Made by a program: the position numbers and the translations under genes
In this document: piece after piece, positions 55,711 to 64,000 of the stretch
Layout of the letters: every line of letters starts with the position of its first letter
Numbering within the stretch: position 1 is the first letter of the stretch
The notes under the pieces: model-generated
Seen by the model: only the letters and a program-made list of their open reading frames with translations
Database searches by the model: none
Told to the model about the DNA's origin: nothing
Assembly: GCA_965197925.1 (NCBI GenBank)
Contig: CBDAOC010000017.1
Span: 128,001 to 192,000, forward strand
Direction: 5' to 3'
Length of the DNA stretch: 64,000 bases
Source of the DNA: Nitrososphaerales archaeon
Lineage (GTDB): Archaea; Thermoproteota; Nitrososphaeria; Nitrososphaerales; UBA213

Positions 55711-56511
55711 ATGAGCTGGGGAATGAAAAATCGAATGTCAAGAATATTCAAACCAATTGATGGTCGAACGGTAATGCTGGCAGTAGATCATGGTTATTTT
55801 TTAGGACCAACAGAAAAGCTAGAAGTACCTAGAAAAACCATTGAACCTCTTGTTCATTATGCTGATTCGCTTATGCTTACTAGAGGTGTATTGCGTACCT
55901 CCGTTAGTACCAGTCATGATGTACCTATAGTTTTAAGAGTATCTGGTGGTGCGAGTATTATTAGCCAAGATTTGTCGAATGAAATGATCACAACATCAAT
56001 AGAAGATGCTCTTAGACTCAATGCTTCGGCTGTAACATTATCGATATTCGTTGGTGCGGCACATGAACATCAAACACTTGTAAACCTTGCTAAACTTGTT
56101 GACGAAGGTGAAAGATACGGCATCCCAGTTTTAGCTGTTACAGCGGTAGGTAAAGAGATGGTTAGAGATGCAAGATACTTGGGTTTAGCTAGCAGAATTG
56201 CTGCAGAGCTAGGTGCACAGATGATAAAGACTTACTATTGTGAAAACTTTGAAAAGGTGGTAGAATCTTGTCCAGTTCCGGTAATCATTGCTGGTGGAAA
56301 GAAAACTAGTGAACTCGAAGCGTTGCAATTAACATATAATGCGATACAACATGGTGCTTCTGGTGTTGACATGGGAAGAAATATTTGGCAGTCGAATCAT
56401 CCAGTTGCGATGATAAAGGCGGTTCGTTCTATTGTACATGAAAATGCTAGTGTAAAGGAAGCATCTGATCTTCTTAACAAAGAATCAAAAATAATAGATA
56501 AGGAGAGATGA
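55711..56511 (+). CDS. lsrF: LsrF-like class I aldolase/thiolase
   Basis: MLAVDHGY, AAELGA..IKTYY, AGGKK, GVDMGRNIWQ. Confidence 0.88.
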   Translation: MSWGMKNRMSRIFKPIDGRTVMLAVDHGYFLGPTEKLEVPRKTIEPLVHYADSLMLTRGVLRTSVSTSHDVPIVLRVSGGASIISQDLSNEMITTSIEDALRLNASAVTLSIFVGAAHEHQTLVNLAKLVDEGERYGIPVLAVTAVGKEMVRDARYLGLASRIAAELGAQMIKTYYCENFEKVVESCPVPVIIAGGKKTSELEALQLTYNAIQHGASGVDMGRNIWQSNHPVAMIKAVRSIVHENASVKEASDLLNKESKIIDKER

Positions 56512-56937
56512 TTATCCCGTAGATTTGGATGGAACCGATGAAAAATGTTCATGAATTATTAACCAGGAGAAGTCCTTTTTAAGAAAGACCATGGTTCCCC
56601 TTGATTTGATATTCATAGTTGTACCAGTAAAACTGTAGTTGTCGACAAGCATACCTTTTTGCTCTACATCAAAAGTTGCTATTGCTACATTATCAAAAAA
56701 ATCAATCTCCAGATCAGTAATGTTGAAATCATAATCCGATACGCTTGCAAAGTATAATTCCTTAAACATACAGGCTTCATCATAGTCTAATCTTTTGTAC
56801 GGAGGTACATCACCAAATCTTGAAAATCTTTTATCTTTAGAATACTGCTCCCGCACTGCCATTATATCCTTACTTTTACCAATCTCAAATGACTTGTAAA
56901 CGGCTCGCTTAATAACCTCTCCCTCGCTTGTGACCAA
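56512..56937 (-). CDS. NTF2/SnoaL-like protein
   Basis: RGTMVF.....WLIIHEHFS C-terminal strands. Confidence 0.75.
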   Translation of the reverse strand: MVTSEGEVIKRAVYKSFEIGKSKDIMAVREQYSKDKRFSRFGDVPPYKRLDYDEACMFKELYFASVSDYDFNITDLEIDFFDNVAIATFDVEQKGMLVDNYSFTGTTMNIKSRGTMVFLKKDFSWLIIHEHFSSVPSKSTG

Positions 56938-57108
56938 ATTAATTTTCTAAATGGGGTAAAATATTTATAATTATTGGAGATTAACATAGTATAATATGGT
57001 AAATACTTATAGTAAAATGATTGGCGTGTCAGTAGATTTGCCTTTGCTAGTTTTCTTTTTAGGTTAACATTTGTGACTTTATTTGCAGAGGTTTTGGGGT
57101 AATCTATA

Positions 57109-58797
57109 GTGGTCGAGTTATCTGGTTCTAAGGCTCTAATGCGTGCTCTAGAGAAAGAAGGGGTAGATATTATATTTGGCATGCCTGGTGGCGCAAACCT
57201 TCCGATGTATGATGAATTAGAACGTAGTGACATTAGACACGTACTTGTGAGACATGAACAATCAGCCGCACATATGGCTGATGGCTATGGAAGAATAAAA
57301 AGGAAACCTGGTGTATGCTTTGCAACATCTGGACCAGGTGCAACCAACCTCGTAACAGGTATAAGCACTGCTTACATGGATTCTGCTCCTATGGTAGCAA
57401 TAACTGGCCAGGTTCCGAGAGCAATGATTGGTAAGGATGCATTTCAGGAATGCGATATAATGGGGATTTGCACTTCGATAACTAAATACTGTTTTCAACC
57501 AACATCCGCTACGGAGATTCCAGAGATGGTTAAGAAAGGCTTCCACATTGCAGAGAGTGGCAGGCCAGGTCCTGTTCTAATTGATATCCCTAAAGATGTG
57601 CAGCAAGAAGTATCAGAGATTACATTCCCCGAATTAATCAAAATAAGAGGATACACACCTCATGTTGATCCAAACATGGAACAGATTGGAAAAGCTGTAG
57701 AATTACTAATGAATGCAGAGCGACCAATGATCATGGCCGGTGGCGGAGTACATATATCTGGAGCTTTTCATGAACTGCAGACATTAGCAGAACTTCTAAT
57801 GATACCTGTTGTCACTACATTTAAGGGCAAGGGTGGATTCCCAGAGACCCATCCTCTAGCACTTGGACCCATTGGAATGCATGGCCATGCAGAGGCTAAC
57901 AAGCTGATACTAGAAGCTGATGTTTTACTTGCAATAGGAGCAAGATTCTCAGATAGGTCTGTTGGAAGATTTGATGAGTTTGGACAGAAAATGAAGATAG
58001 TGCACATCGACATAGACCCATCGGAAATTGGAAAAAACAAATCTGTAACAATACCTGTTGTTGGTGATGTGAGGGCTTCACTTCGCGCCCTTGTGAAGAT
58101 GCTTGGAACACGTATGTCCAAAAGAGAAGGTGAAAATATGTGGGTAAGACATATCAAGGAAGTGAGAGAAGAGGTGCAAAGCAATTTCAAAGATCATCCA
58201 GGCGATATAACTGCTAAAAAATCACTTAAGAAGTTAAGGGAACTATTACCAGCAGATGCAATAGTTACCACCGAAGTTGGTCAATGCCAAATGTGGACCT
58301 CACTATTCTTTGACATTATACAGCCCGGTACATTCTTCAGCTCTACCGGTTTAGGAACTATGGGTTTTGGATTCCCGGCTTCAATAGGGGCTAAAGCTGC
58401 AAGACCATCTGCTCATGTTGTGGATATAGCTGGGGATGGTAGCTTCAACATGACTGAAAATTCACTTGCAGTCTCTGTTCTTGATAACCTCCCTGTGATA
58501 GTATTCTTGATGAATAACAAATCACTAGGCATGGTGGCACAGTGGCAGAGACTCTTTTACGGAAGACGCTATATTGGAATCGATTTGAAAGGAGGGCCAG
58601 ATTTTGTTAAGCTGGCTGAAGCATATGGTGCACAGGGAATAAGAGCCCAATCTATGGACGAACTTGATATGGCCATAAGGGAAGCATTGAAGAGTGATGT
58701 AGTGACAGTAATTGACATTCTCATAGACCCAGAAGAGGATGTGTTTCCATTTGTAGCTCCAGGAACAGGACTTAAGGATATGATCACTGCAGCTTAG
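57109..58797 (+). CDS. ilvB: Acetolactate synthase large subunit
   Basis: RHEQ, TSGPGATN, GQVP, TPP-binding GDGS...NN. Confidence 0.97.
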   Translation: MVELSGSKALMRALEKEGVDIIFGMPGGANLPMYDELERSDIRHVLVRHEQSAAHMADGYGRIKRKPGVCFATSGPGATNLVTGISTAYMDSAPMVAITGQVPRAMIGKDAFQECDIMGICTSITKYCFQPTSATEIPEMVKKGFHIAESGRPGPVLIDIPKDVQQEVSEITFPELIKIRGYTPHVDPNMEQIGKAVELLMNAERPMIMAGGGVHISGAFHELQTLAELLMIPVVTTFKGKGGFPETHPLALGPIGMHGHAEANKLILEADVLLAIGARFSDRSVGRFDEFGQKMKIVHIDIDPSEIGKNKSVTIPVVGDVRASLRALVKMLGTRMSKREGENMWVRHIKEVREEVQSNFKDHPGDITAKKSLKKLRELLPADAIVTTEVGQCQMWTSLFFDIIQPGTFFSSTGLGTMGFGFPASIGAKAARPSAHVVDIAGDGSFNMTENSLAVSVLDNLPVIVFLMNNKSLGMVAQWQRLFYGRRYIGIDLKGGPDFVKLAEAYGAQGIRAQSMDELDMAIREALKSDVVTVIDILIDPEEDVFPFVAPGTGLKDMITAA

Positions 58798-58805
58798 GTG
58801 AAAAA

Positions 58806-59297
58806 ATGGGGTGGCATATAATTTCTGCCTTGGTTGAGAATAAGCCAGGTGTTCTTTTCAAGGTCTCCAATATGTTTAGAGCTAGAAATTTTAACATTGA
58901 AAGTCTTTCAGTGGGACCAACTGAGCAAACAGATTTGTCAAGAATAACGGTGACGATAAACAGTGATGAGAGTGTAACGGAACAGATGGTAAAACAGTTG
59001 CAAAAATTAATAGACGTGGTTGAAGTGACAAGGTTAGCCGTAGAAAATACAGTGTATAGGGAACTTGCATTGTTGAAATTGAAAGTAGTTGATCCAAATT
59101 CAAGAATGGAGATAATTAATCTCGCGAATGTTTTTAGGGCAAAGATCGTTGATGTCGGTGAAAGCTCTATAATGGTAGAAATAACTGGCACTCCAGATAA
59201 GATAGAGGCGTTTAGAAGTATGGTACAACATTTCGGTATAATACAGCTTGCAAGAACAGGGGTTTCAGCTCTTCCTAGAGGTGTTATATATGAGTGA
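58806..59297 (+). CDS. ilvH: Acetolactate synthase small subunit
   Basis: ACT domain ENKPGVL...NIESLSVG; ARTG. Confidence 0.95.
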   Translation: MGWHIISALVENKPGVLFKVSNMFRARNFNIESLSVGPTEQTDLSRITVTINSDESVTEQMVKQLQKLIDVVEVTRLAVENTVYRELALLKLKVVDPNSRMEIINLANVFRAKIVDVGESSIMVEITGTPDKIEAFRSMVQHFGIIQLARTGVSALPRGVIYE

Positions 59298-60804
59298 AAG
59301 ATTCGTTCGAATCTACGATACTACTCTCAGGGATGGTGAACAAACGCCGGGGGTTACCCTTACTCCGGAGAACAAAGTGAAGATCGCCATTCAGCTTGAC
59401 AAATTGGGCGTTGACGTTGTTGAAGCGGGATTTCCTATTATATCTCAAGGTGAGATGGATGTTATCAGGGAAATTGCAAAACAGAATCTAGATTGTGAGA
59501 TCTCTGGTCTTGCTCGGGTCGAAAAGAAGGATATAGACGCAGTAATGAAATGTGATCTCAATTATGTACATACTTTCATTGCCACATCTGACATACATCT
59601 CAAATACAAGTTAAAGATGACAAGAGAGGAAGCGCTTCATAAGGCTATAGAGGCCGTAGAATATGCAAAATCGCATGGACTTCTTTGCGAATTTTCAGCT
59701 GAAGATGCCACAAGAACCGATAGAGAATTTCTAAAAAAGGTGTACAAGGCAGTAGTAGATGCCGGTGCAGATAGAATAGACGTTCCAGATACCGTTGGAT
59801 ATTCTAATCCAAAGTATATTGATACCTTAATAAGGGATTTGAAGGCAATGGTTAATGTCCCAATAAGCATTCATTGTCATGATGACTTTGGTCTTGCAGT
59901 TGCCAATTCTATAGCTGCAATTGAAGCTGATGCTTCATGTGCACATGTTACGGTAAACGGTCTAGGTGAAAGAGCTGGCAACACTCCCCTTGAAGAGTTC
60001 GTCATGGCATTACACTGTTTGTATGACAAGAAGACGCATATAAGGACTGAATTGCTTTATGAGACCTCCAGAACAGTAGCAAGTCTAACTGGTATAGTTG
60101 TGCAACCCAATAAAGCAATTATTGGAGAAAATGCGTTCGGTCATGAATCTGGGATCCATACCCATGGCGTACTTTCAAATCCATTAACATATGAACCAAT
60201 TGCACCCGAGATGGTGGGGAGGAAAAGATGGCTAGAGGCTGGTAAACATGCCGGAATGCATGGGATCTCTGCAATGTTGGAAGAATATGGTCTAATCCCT
60301 TCAGAAGGACAATTGAAAGAAATACTCGCAAAAGTAAAGGATTTGGGAGACAAGGGTAAGAATATTACAGATGCAGATCTTCTTGCCATTTCTTCTCAGG
60401 TGATGCGACAACAAGGGCTAGAACGCAGAATAAAATTGAATGACTTTGTTGTAACAACTGGTATGAACATCATTCCAACAGCATCTGTACGGTTGATAAT
60501 AGAAGGAAAAGAATTCGTTGCTGCAGATACAGGTTTAGGTCCTGTTGATGCCGCCCTAAAAGCGATACAGAAAATCACTGATGAACTTGCTAACATAAGG
60601 CTAAGAGAGTTTAGGTTAGAATCAATAACAGGTGGCTCTGATGCACTTGCAGAGGTTAGCATAAAGGTCGAAGATAAAGATGGTCATGTAGCGTCCGCAA
60701 GAGCTGCAGGAGAAGACATCGTAATTGCAAGTGTAGAAGCAATGATCAATGGACTTAACAGAATAATGCTAAAACGAACTATGGATAAAGATAAAAAGAG
60801 TTGA
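59290..60804 (+). CDS. leuA: 2-isopropylmalate synthase (or citramalate synthase paralog)
   Basis: DTTLRDGEQ, HCHDD, GERAGN, HESGIH, C-terminal regulatory domain; start ATG 59290. Confidence 0.9.
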   Translation: MSERFVRIYDTTLRDGEQTPGVTLTPENKVKIAIQLDKLGVDVVEAGFPIISQGEMDVIREIAKQNLDCEISGLARVEKKDIDAVMKCDLNYVHTFIATSDIHLKYKLKMTREEALHKAIEAVEYAKSHGLLCEFSAEDATRTDREFLKKVYKAVVDAGADRIDVPDTVGYSNPKYIDTLIRDLKAMVNVPISIHCHDDFGLAVANSIAAIEADASCAHVTVNGLGERAGNTPLEEFVMALHCLYDKKTHIRTELLYETSRTVASLTGIVVQPNKAIIGENAFGHESGIHTHGVLSNPLTYEPIAPEMVGRKRWLEAGKHAGMHGISAMLEEYGLIPSEGQLKEILAKVKDLGDKGKNITDADLLAISSQVMRQQGLERRIKLNDFVVTTGMNIIPTASVRLIIEGKEFVAADTGLGPVDAALKAIQKITDELANIRLREFRLESITGGSDALAEVSIKVEDKDGHVASARAAGEDIVIASVEAMINGLNRIMLKRTMDKDKKS

Positions 60805-60826
60805 GGAAGTATTCTGTTTAGCTAGC

Positions 60827-61849
60827 ATGTATAGATTAGCAATTATTTCAGGAGATGGTATTGGGCCAGAAATATCAAAAGCAGCAAGATCTGTTTTACA
60901 ACTTATTCATGACAAGTATGATGTGAAGTTTGAAATAACGGATGTTGAGGCAGGTGACTCTGTTGTAAAGAAAGATGGGATGGCTTTGCCTGATCATAGT
61001 TTTCAAGCAATAAGGAACTCTGATGTATGCATGAAAGCACCTATTGGGGAGAGTGCTGCCGACGTTGTAGTTTATCTTAGAAGAACTTTTGATCTTTATG
61101 CTAATATTAGACCCGTAAAGAGCTATCCAAACATACAATCCTTGAAAGACAATATTGATATGGTCATAGTTAGAGAGAATACAGAAGATGTTTATGCTGG
61201 ATTAGAATATGAATTTCAGAATGCTTGCATCGCTATACGATTAACAACTAAGAAAGCATCGATTAGAATTGCAGAATATGCATTCAATCTAGCAAAGTTT
61301 AGAAATAAAATGAAATGCGTTACATCAGTTCATAAAGCCAATCTACTGAGGAAGACAGATGGTCTATTTTCAAGTTCTTGTAGAGAAGTATCTGAAAAAT
61401 ATACTGATATAAAATTTAACGAAATGTATGTAGATGCCTGTGCTATGAATCTCATTAGAAATCCTGAAAGTTTTGATGTAATAGTTACAACCAATTTGTT
61501 TGGAGATATTTTATCTGATGAAGCTGCACAGGTAGTTGGGAGCTTAGGCATTGCACCAGCGGCAAATATCGGCGATAGCTTTGCCATGTTCGAACCAGTC
61601 CATGGGTCAGCTCCAGACATAGCAGGCAAAGGGATAGCAAATCCGTTTTCTATGATATTGTCGGCAAGGATGATGCTTGATTGGTTGGCGCTAAACAATA
61701 ATGACAGCAAATGTATTTTTGCAGCTCAAAAAATAGAAACTGCTGTTATTAAGGTATTAGTGAAAGGTATAAAGACACAAGATATTGGAGGAAACTATAG
61801 AACTGATGACGTGACAAATGCAATATTAGACGAGCTAATATCTACTTAG
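60827..61849 (+). CDS. leuB: 3-isopropylmalate dehydrogenase
   Basis: GDGIGPE, RENTE, NLFGDILSD, EPVHGSAPDIAG; follows leuA. Confidence 0.88.
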   Translation: MYRLAIISGDGIGPEISKAARSVLQLIHDKYDVKFEITDVEAGDSVVKKDGMALPDHSFQAIRNSDVCMKAPIGESAADVVVYLRRTFDLYANIRPVKSYPNIQSLKDNIDMVIVRENTEDVYAGLEYEFQNACIAIRLTTKKASIRIAEYAFNLAKFRNKMKCVTSVHKANLLRKTDGLFSSSCREVSEKYTDIKFNEMYVDACAMNLIRNPESFDVIVTTNLFGDILSDEAAQVVGSLGIAPAANIGDSFAMFEPVHGSAPDIAGKGIANPFSMILSARMMLDWLALNNNDSKCIFAAQKIETAVIKVLVKGIKTQDIGGNYRTDDVTNAILDELIST

Positions 61850-61898
61850 ATTGGCGTTTCTGCCATATTTTTAGTATAATTATCTAAAGTTATCATTG

Positions 61899-62125
61899 CT
61901 ATATCGAATAATTACTATGTTACAACAGTTATTCAGATCCTTTTGGATTCATCGCAATGAACATGTTGTGTATGGATGCTTTTAGCATCAGTTCTTTACC
62001 CATATTCTTCCATCTTACTGACTTTACATGTTCACGAAGGATAGGCTTGAATCTCAATGATAATAACTGATCAAAATCTCATTCTATCAAATATTCACGA
62101 ACTTCTGGTTAATTATTCGACGCAT
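61899..62125. mobile_element. MITE-like element (long copy) retaining an IS5-type transposase C-terminus
   Basis: TIR TCGAATAATTA / TAATTATTCGA; minus strand reads EHVKSVRWKNMV/KELMLKASIHNMFIAMNP. Confidence 0.75.
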
Positions 62126-62142
62126 CAAATAAACCGATATAA

Positions 62143-62150
62143 TTTAAATA
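62143..62150 (+). promoter_or_regulatory. TATA box of glnA
   Basis: TTTAAATA ending 23 nt before ATG 62174. Confidence 0.55.
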
Positions 62151-62173
62151 GCAATTATTTGCGAATACGATAG

Positions 62174-63634
62174 ATGCCAAACAAGTGGGTAGAAGGTAAA
62201 CCAAAACAAATCAAATTCACCCGAAGTCAAGTTTTGGAAGCAATCGATGATCAGGGTATAAATTTTCTAGATCTTCAATTTACAGGTTTGTTTGGCAAGT
62301 TTCACCATACTACAGTCAAAGCATCTATGATTGATGATAATTCTATCCAAGATGGTATGCCAAAGCTTGACGGGTCATCTATTCGTGGATTTACAGGAAT
62401 TCATGAATCGGACATGATTCTAAAGCCTGATCCGAATACCTTCGCAAGGATCCCTTGGATTGAGAGGGACAAAACTGCTCGTATGATATGTGATATTTAC
62501 TGGGGACATGCGGGAGGTAGATTGGCAAGGGATCCCCGAGGGATCGCACAAAAGGCTGAGAAATTCCTACAAGAGGAAGGATTCAACTTTGCATACTGGG
62601 GACCGGAAGTGGAGTTTTTTGTATTTGATGAGGTTTCATGGGATACCATGTTACCAAGCAGGGGTACAAGCTACTCTATTAATTCGATAGAAGCCCCATG
62701 GAACCAGAACTTCTCTGGATACCCTATTCGACTAAAGGACGGATACTTACCTTCTGCACCGCATGACACACTTATAGAATACAGGAATGAATGTGTTAAT
62801 TTATTGCACGACGATTTTGGTGTCATATGTGACACACATCATCACGAAGTGGCAACGAGCGGTCAATGCGAGATCGACATTTATCATGATACTTTGTCCA
62901 ATATGGGAGATGGTGCCATGACCTACAAATATGTTGTTAAGAACGTCGCAAGGAAGTATGGAAAGGTAGCTACACTTATGCCCAAACCTGTTGCTATGGA
63001 TAATGGTTCTGGAATGCATGTAAATGTTAGTTTATGGAATGATAAAAACGAGTTCTTCGACCCCAACGATAAGGATGCAGAACTGAGCCAATTGGGTAGG
63101 TACTTTGGTGGGGGGATAATGGAACATGCAAGTTCACTATGTACTATTGTTGCTCCAACTACAAATTCTTATAGAAGATTGGTACCAGGATATGAAGCAC
63201 CAGTTTATGTTGCTTGGAGTAGTAGAAACAGATCCGCAATAATACGAATTCCCACGTACTTCAGGGGAGATGCTGCCGCTAAAACTAAAAGAATAGAATT
63301 TAGAGCTCCTGATCCCTCATGCAATCCATACTTATGTTTTGCATCTGTACTTGCAGCAGGTTTAGATGGTATAAGAAAGAAGCGAGATATGGGAGATCCT
63401 GTAGAAGAAGATATTTACAAGATGACCCCTGACAGAAGAAGACAATTGGGAATAAAGCAACTGCCAGGCAGTTTAAAGGAAGCAATTGACCATTTGAAGA
63501 ATGATCTTGATTACCTTAAACCATTATTTACTGAAGATACATTAGAAACCATTATTGAACTGGAAAATAAGGAACAGGAGGAGATTTCAATTAGGCCACA
63601 TCCACATGAATTCCAGCTTTATTTCGATATTTAA
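62174..63634 (+). CDS. glnA: Glutamine synthetase type I
   Basis: DGSSI, GPEVEFF, HHEVA, KP...DNGSGMH, NSYRRLVPGYEAP, RIEFRAPD. Confidence 0.98.
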   Translation: MPNKWVEGKPKQIKFTRSQVLEAIDDQGINFLDLQFTGLFGKFHHTTVKASMIDDNSIQDGMPKLDGSSIRGFTGIHESDMILKPDPNTFARIPWIERDKTARMICDIYWGHAGGRLARDPRGIAQKAEKFLQEEGFNFAYWGPEVEFFVFDEVSWDTMLPSRGTSYSINSIEAPWNQNFSGYPIRLKDGYLPSAPHDTLIEYRNECVNLLHDDFGVICDTHHHEVATSGQCEIDIYHDTLSNMGDGAMTYKYVVKNVARKYGKVATLMPKPVAMDNGSGMHVNVSLWNDKNEFFDPNDKDAELSQLGRYFGGGIMEHASSLCTIVAPTTNSYRRLVPGYEAPVYVAWSSRNRSAIIRIPTYFRGDAAAKTKRIEFRAPDPSCNPYLCFASVLAAGLDGIRKKRDMGDPVEEDIYKMTPDRRRQLGIKQLPGSLKEAIDHLKNDLDYLKPLFTEDTLETIIELENKEQEEISIRPHPHEFQLYFDI

Positions 63635-64000
63635 TTGGTTTTTTTATTATTTTGCAATTCCTAATACATGGGAAAAGGGATATTGATCTACATAGTATCT
63701 AGCTAGAGATATGTAATTTATTAGAATGGAGTTTAAGGATTAAGATTGAATTTGATTGAATGATCAATGCCAAGAAATGCTTGAAGGTGCAGATAATTTA
63801 TCTAGACATCATTAGAATGGTGATCTAATATACATTCATTAATTCCTATTATATTATTACAATTGGTAAATATCATTTACATAAGGTAAAATAGTACTAA
63901 TAGACATATCAATATCATAATTAAAAAATCAATTATTAATACAATTTATGATGTAATTTGAATAAATGAGCAGTTAATTCAAAATATGAAAATGAGGATA

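Noticed and set aside
491..63485. Numerous antisense or overlapping ORFs in the track (e.g. 3562-4011, 5631-6092, 13293-13724, 46418-46957, 58784-59191)
   Set aside because: Shadows of well-supported genes on the opposite strand, with no motifs of their own

Overview
Archaeal chromosome segment, most likely Nitrososphaerota (Thaumarchaeota). Support comes from the PEF(G)-CTERM-type sorting tail, aRF1, RadA, Cdc6, the methylmalonyl-CoA mutase/epimerase/MeaB cluster and a stand-alone A/V-ATPase F gene. Intact housekeeping blocks (sdhACDB, prf1, radA-cdc6, mce/mcm/meaB, ilvC, nadM, lsrF, ilvBH-leuA-leuB, glnA) flank an accessory region of about 30 kb (~23.5-53.6 kb) full of pseudogenes. At least four IS/MITE families are present: three copies of a 1.05-kb IS5-type element, four copies or fragments of a 1.09-kb element (8-bp TSD where both ends survive), an IS5 remnant and two MITE-like derivatives. 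The 41.5-53.2 kb part is a decaying defence-like island with hicB-hicA, an EVE-domain nuclease, a GC-rich Type ISP restriction-modification gene and a resolvase-like fragment. Most interesting is a TcmP-like methyltransferase convergent on a tandem pair of spore-photoproduct-lyase-like radical SAM genes, a candidate uncharacterised nucleic-acid modification system. Other notable signals are inverted ORB-like G-strings flanking cdc6, an ATATC-N6-GATAT palindrome found both at the PadR promoter and at a distant site, a multi-hairpin intergenic ncRNA candidate, and small Cys-rich ORFs missed by the ORF track. No tRNA, rRNA or CRISPR array was recognised. All calls come from reading motifs by eye; no searches were run.
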